Source: Octopus vulgaris (taxonomy: Eukaryota). From it: 64,000 nucleotides of DNA. The position numbers and the translations under genes were made by a program. The notes beneath the pieces were generated by a model. It had not been told where the DNA came from, searched no databases, and saw nothing but the letters and a program-made list of their open reading frames with translations. This document shows positions 57,376 through 64,000 of this stretch, in pieces; position 1 is the stretch's first letter; every line of letters starts with the position of its first letter. Location of the stretch: the NCBI GenBank assembly GCA_951406725.2, contig OX597834.1, positions 36,146,001-36,210,000 of the forward strand, written 5' to 3'.

Positions 57376-57930
57376 AAGATCTTGAAATAGAAATCAGCAA
57401 AATGTGGAAGCTGAAGACTAAAACAATACCTGTTGTCATAGGTGCCCTGGGAATGATAGCAAAAGGGGCTGATAGCTACCTAACTCAGATACCAGGAAAC
57501 CCAAAAATGGCAGAAGTTCAAAAGATAGTGCTCATGGGAACTGCTCATATCCTACGCAAAATACTCTCTATGTAATCCCAAGGTTTAAAACAAACTTTTT
57601 TTAAAGAAATTTATGTATTAGACATTCACTAGTACAACACAAAAAAAAACAAATATATGGCACACTAGGCATAACAACAACGTGAACTTCCAACCTTCCA
57701 ACTTCTCTATGTAATCTCAAGGTTTAAAACAAACATAATTTTCGGTTTAAAAAAAAAAAAAAAAAAAAACCTTTTTTTTTTTAGACATTCATTAGTACAA
57801 CATCCCCACCCCCAAATATATGGCACACTAGGCATAACAACAACATGAACTTCCAACCCTGTTGTCTCTTGAGGTCTCTGGGTGAGACTTGGAGCCAACT
57901 TGTACAAATATAAAGCAAAAGTCAAACATA

Positions 57931-57932
<2 letters not shown>
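57376..57932 (+). mobile_element. 3' fragment of R4/Dong-like LINE (third family) in (TAA)n, with duplicated 3'UTR segment
   Basis: KDLEIEISKMWKLKTKTIPVVIGALG..LMGTAHILRKIL*; TAA repeats on both sides. Confidence 0.8.
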
Positions 57933-57978
<46 letters not shown>

Positions 57979-58061
57979 TAATAGTAATAATAATGATAAT
58001 AGTAATAATATTAATAATAATAGTAATAATGATAATAGTAATAATAATAATAATAGTAATA

Positions 58062-58663
<602 letters not shown>

Positions 58664-58680
58664 TATTATTATTATTATTA

Positions 58681-58760
<80 letters not shown>

Positions 58761-58783
58761 ATTATTATTATTATTAATATTAA

Positions 58784-58841
<58 letters not shown>

Positions 58842-58864
58842 ATTATTATTATTATTAATATTAA

Positions 58865-58927
<63 letters not shown>

Positions 58928-58990
58928 CAATATTATTATAATTATCATTATTATTATCATTATTATTATCATTATTATTATTATTATTAA

Positions 58991-59027
<37 letters not shown>

Positions 59028-59068
59028 ATTAATATTATTATAATAATAATTATTATTATTAATATTAA

Positions 59069-59123
<55 letters not shown>

Positions 59124-59299
59124 GTTATTATTATTATTATCATTATTATTATTATTATTATTACTATTACTATTATTATTACTATTACTATTACTATTAC
59201 TATTATTATTATTATTATTATTATCATTTTTATTATTATATAAGACATTGCACAGTATCCATTATCGTGGTGTTGATTGAAGATATTGTGTGTACCGGG

Positions 59300-60020
59300 G
59301 GTTTGTACTGGATGTCAACAAGAATCTCAGACAGACAATAATTTACGTAATATTCGTGCAGTTCCAACTTACGCCGATTTTTGCAATACACCTAGAATAT
59401 AAGGTCCTTCTAAAGTTTCCAGATGTTTCTTCAGGTTGGGTCACCTTGAACCCAATGCTCCGATGACAATAAGGACAACCTTTATGTTCATCTCTCGTAG
59501 CTGCCACATTTTGGCGATCTCAATTCTCAGGTCTGCATATTCATCAATCTTGTCTCTTTCATGACAACATACTGATCTCCTCCATGTTTGCCCCTCCCAA
59601 AAATTACTATGTCCGGCCCTCTCTATTCTAACACCTTATCTGTCTGGAAGTCAAAGACCCAGAGGATTTTTGCCTTCCCCTTTTCATCCATTACTTTTTC
59701 CTCTTATGATAGTACCAAGCATCCGTTACTTCGTATCCATACTTCCGGCATAGTAGCTAGTGAAGTTTTTATCTTGTTATGTCAGCGTTTGTACTCTTTC
59801 TGCGCAATACTTTCACAAGCACTGACAATATGTGTCACGCTTTGACCCTCTTCCCACACATTCTGCAGAGGTTCGTTGCACTTGTGTGGTATATATTCTG
59901 TTTCACTGAGTTGGTATTCAATGCCTGATCCTAGGCAGCTATTATTAGGCTTTCTGTTTTCTTTTGTAAGTCACCTTTGCTGACCCATGCGGAGTAAGGC
60001 TTTTTTTTTCTCTCGTTGGC
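59300..60020 (-). mobile_element. Degenerate R4/Dong-like LINE fragment
   Basis: Nucleotide similarity to 32840-33130 (zinc knuckle/RHD region) plus RLE remnants. Confidence 0.65.
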
Positions 60021-60063
60021 TATTCGTCATCGAACATATGTATGTGCATGTGTGTGTGTGTGA

Positions 60064-60136
<73 letters not shown>

Positions 60137-60203
60137 CCTGCGCATTTTGTCTGTATTTCTTAAACTGGTATTTTAAAATTCTTATTTCTTTCTATTTTAA
60201 CAG

Positions 60204-60355
60204 TTTCCTCGAATGGAAAACCGAATGAAGCGTTGCTTGCATCACGGGGACGTCTGATTAAGGACCTTCTTGCAGCATCCAACCCTCTTCTCATACCTGC
60301 GACGGACGAAGCAGTCCATGTCGAGCTAGAATTCATGATCCACAATATTGAACTG
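60204..60355 (+). CDS. Gene 2 exon 2
   Basis: TTTAACAG acceptor; ..RLIKDLLAASNPLLIPATDEAVHVELEFMIHNIEL aligns gap-free with the end of gene 1 exon 2; GTAACC donor, phase 0. Confidence 0.88.
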
Positions 60356-60807
60356 GTAACCACAAATGCACACACATTTCAACCACTTTCTCTTTCCCTC
60401 TCTCTCTCTCCTTTCCTTTCCTTCTTACTTTACTGTATGCCTCTTTTTCTATTTAGTTACGAGAAATGATATAATTTGCTTTAAACAACAACCATTAACT
60501 GAAAAAGGACTCAATACAAATACCGAGTGTCTGATATGTTTTATAATTTAATTGGCAGTGATTTGTTGTTGTTGTTGTTGTTTTTGTTGTTGTTGTTGTT
60601 GTTGTTGTTGTTCTTCTTCTTCTTCTTCTTCTTTCTTTATTTATTTATTTATGCCTTTCTTTCGCCTTTTTTCTTTTCTTTTTCTTCTATTTCCTTCTTT
60701 CTTTTCTTTTAATATTTCTTCTTTCTCGTCCTCCTCACACTACGACTGTACCTCATCTTCTCTAAATCTACACCTGTCCCCCCCTCCTCCTCCTCCTCCT
60801 CCTCCTC

Positions 60808-60856
<49 letters not shown>

Positions 60857-61000
60857 CACTACTGTTTCCACCTGTACCAGTACTTCTTTTTCCCTTCTTT
60901 ATGTCTTCATTTTTTTTGTTTTCCATTCCCCCCCACACTTTCTCCGAAATCATTTCCTTCTTCGCATTCTCGTTTTCTTCTTCGTTTTTCCTTCAAATAG

Positions 61001-61155
61001 AACGAACAAGAAAGGAAGTTTACAATCGACGCTTATTTCTCACAAAAGTGGAAAGATGTCACGTTACGTTGGAACGCCAGTGATTATGACAAAATACAGA
61101 TAATCCGTCTCCCTGTCCGAAACTTTTGGTCACCTGATATAGTTCTTTTCAATCA
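61001..61155 (+). CDS. Gene 2 exon 3: loops D and A
   Basis: Pyrimidine tract plus TAG acceptor; [51 protein letters not shown]; GTAAGT donor, phase 2 as in gene 1. Confidence 0.92.
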
Positions 61156-61262
61156 GTAAGTCAGAATTCACATATATACACATATATACACTTACATATC
61201 CATACACACAGAAATACACATAGGTACATGTATGTCGCTCTCTCTCTCTCTCTCTCTCTCTG

Positions 61263-61376
<114 letters not shown>

Positions 61377-61519
61377 CATACACATTGACCTGCTCGCTTA
61401 GCCAGCGGGGTGGCGTCATTCGAAGGCTAAAACAATGCGAACGCATTGTGACCAGCGGTGTGTAACAACATCTGATGGTCTGGTCGGTCACGTGATCACG
61501 TGATATATACACATATGTA

Positions 61520-61930
61520 TTCTTTTATTCTGTTATTCTTTAACTTGTTTCAGTCATTTGGCTGTGGCCTCGCTGGAGCACCGCCTTTAGTCAAGCAAAT
61601 CGACTCCAGGACTTTGTAAGCCTAGTACTTATTTTATCGGTTACTTATGCCGAACCGCTAAGCTACGGGGACGTAAACACACCAGCATCGGTTGTCAAAC
61701 GATGTTGGTAGGGGAGGGACAAACAGACACACAAACATGCACACACATACACATACACACACACGCACACACACATATATATGACGGGCTTCTTTCCATT
61801 TCCATTTACCAAATCCACTCGCAAGTCTTTGGTCGCCCCGTGGCTATAGTAGAAGACACTTGCCCACGGTGCTACGCAGTGAGACTGAACCCGGAACCCT
61901 GTGGTTGGTAAGCAAGCTACTTACCACACA
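61520..61930 (-). mobile_element. SINE family A copy (antisense)
   Basis: Reverse complement of the 8-418 family. Confidence 0.75.
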
Positions 61931-62125
61931 TAAATCCAAAAATAAAAAAAAAGCAGACTCTATGTTATAGAGCAGTATATATTAAAGATAGGTAAGGGCC
62001 AGCCTTGTCACACGTTGTGTCACGCTGAATCTCCCCGAGAACTACGTTAAGGGTACACGTGTCTGTGGAATGCTCAGCCACTTGGACGTTAATTTCACGA
62101 GTAGGATGTTCCGTTGATCGAGTCA

Positions 62126-62516
62126 TCTTTATATATAAAAGTAAGGTTGTGTGTCTGTCTACTCTGATTTAGATTCCTTACTCCCACATTTTGCGGTGCA
62201 GTTTAACCAAAACCGGGTATCTTATAGTCGTGATTCATATCGAGCCCTTCTGGGTATTAGCGCGCGTCTACGATGAGTCTACGATTTTAAAAATAATTTA
62301 CCATCATTTTTTTCCATTTTAATGCATATTTTTTTTAATATAAGGGAAGTAACTCTCTAAAAATGTCTACGATGAGTCAACGATTTAAAAAAATTTACCA
62401 TCATATTTTTTTCCATTTTTAATGCATTTTTTTGCTATTTTTTGGCTATAACTCTCTAAAAATGCTTTATAGTTATTTCCCTTACAAACCCGAGCAACGC
62501 CGGGCGATACTGCTAG
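62126..62516 (+). mobile_element. Non-autonomous Helitron
   Basis: A|TCTTTATATATAAA start; 3' hairpin CCCGAGCAACGCCGGG then CTAG|T; shares its 3' ~90 bp with 37718-38102. Confidence 0.8.
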
Positions 62517-62572
62517 TTTGAAATATATTTCTACGTTTGTTGTTTTTGTCGTTTTATTTCCTTTTTTTTCAG

Positions 62573-62834
62573 TCAAGGATTGACGAACCCTCCGCCTCAT
62601 GACGCAGTCGTGTTTAGCTCTGGGGAAGTGCTGTACGTTCCAAGAATCACCGAGTCAGCTGTGTGTGCGCTTGATATGTCCAAATTCCCTTTTGACACCC
62701 AGACATGTAAACTTGTATTTGGGTCCTGGGCGTACAACAGTCTCGAAGTCAATATATCCTCATCTCCTCGTTCTGTTATCTCGGATGATTACGTACCTAA
62801 CGAAAAGTGGGAAATCGTCAGCACAGAGTCCGAA
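62573..62834 (+). CDS. Gene 2 exon 4: Cys-loop exon (gene continues beyond window)
   Basis: TTTTTTTCAG acceptor; ..GEVLYVPRITESAVCALDMSKFPFDTQTCKLVFGSWAY..DDYVPNEKWEIVS; GTAAGG donor, phase 0. Confidence 0.95.
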
Positions 62835-62866
62835 GTAAGGAAATACATCGATTATTGTTGTTGTTG

Positions 62867-62933
<67 letters not shown>

Positions 62934-62937
62934 CATC

Positions 62938-62968
<31 letters not shown>

Positions 62969-62980
62969 ACATCATCATCA

Positions 62981-63055
<75 letters not shown>

Positions 63056-63070
63056 ACATCATCATCATCA

Positions 63071-63121
<51 letters not shown>

Positions 63122-63136
63122 ACATCATCATCATCA

Positions 63137-63199
<63 letters not shown>

Positions 63200-63211
63200 A
63201 CATCATCATCA

Positions 63212-63315
<104 letters not shown>

Positions 63316-63356
63316 CATTATTATTATTATTATTATCATTATTATTATTATTATTA

Positions 63357-63885
63357 TTGAGCGAGAGAGCAGTGCTTGCCATCAAAGTGACACTGGGGTA
63401 AAATATACGAAGCCCAGTATACCCATCATGACTACCCGTCTGATAAGGGTACACCAGGCACATGCATCACAACCATATGTGCGCAACATAGTGATCTGAT
63501 ATCAAGATAAACAGCACATGACCTTGCAGGTGGGGCCCAGTTAGAATTTTCTTCGGGTTGAGTAGCCCATCCCGCTCAAACGGTCCCTGAATAAAGGTTA
63601 TTTAAGGATGTTGAACGAAACACCCATGTTTCCAAAGGTGAATTATCCAAACCCCAAAGAATTCCTCACAACACATGGCTATGGTGCTCCCCCACTACTT
63701 CTGCTCGTGATCAGAGATGCACATATCGTCAACCGCTAAGGGGCATGCTCAACTGGTTATGGTCAAACAACTGACAAGCAAATCTGTGGTATTGAGCAAA
63801 ATATTTGCTGTAGCCCATCTTTAAACCAAGACAAAACAATGTTCATGATAACACTTTCGATCAGTTAAGATCAGAAGCCATGAGA
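63357..63885 (-). mobile_element. (TAA)n-resident ~500-bp repeat copy
   Basis: Same family as 58166-58663, in a long (TTA/TCA)n tract. Confidence 0.7.
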
Positions 63886-63886
63886 G

Positions 63887-63950
<64 letters not shown>

Positions 63951-64000
63951 TGCTTGTTGGAATTTTTCCGAAAATTTTTCCATATATGTATTCTACACGC

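Overview
Eukaryotic, AT-rich, extremely microsatellite- and SINE-dense genomic DNA. The repeat landscape looks like a coleoid cephalopod, probably Octopus; this is an inference. Most entries in the ORF track are microsatellite artefacts. Reading splice sites by hand gives two tandem, same-strand (+) Cys-loop (pentameric ligand-gated) ion-channel genes of the nicotinic acetylcholine receptor type. Gene 1 is complete: 8 exons, 13521-48189, 1374 nt CDS, 457 aa. It has the alpha-type loop C YACCKEHYP, but an unusual M2 pore (Ala at the 9' gate) and an eroded complementary ligand-binding face. Gene 2 has exons 1-4 at 55085-62834 and runs off the window. The paralogs have matching intron phases over the four shared exons and a ~90% identical 5'UTR, yet only about one-third identical ectodomains. 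Introns and intergenic DNA hold tRNA-derived SINEs, (TAA)n-targeting R4/Dong-like LINEs, a Tx1/L1-like LINE, Tc1/mariner relics, Helitron-type elements and many Penelope-type terminal-repeat fragments. Several of the Penelope-type repeats carry minimal type I hammerhead ribozyme folds with non-canonical cores. One family has a compensatory G3-C8 swap (GUGAACA instead of CUGAnGA) in tandem and inverted copies, and another family has A6U.
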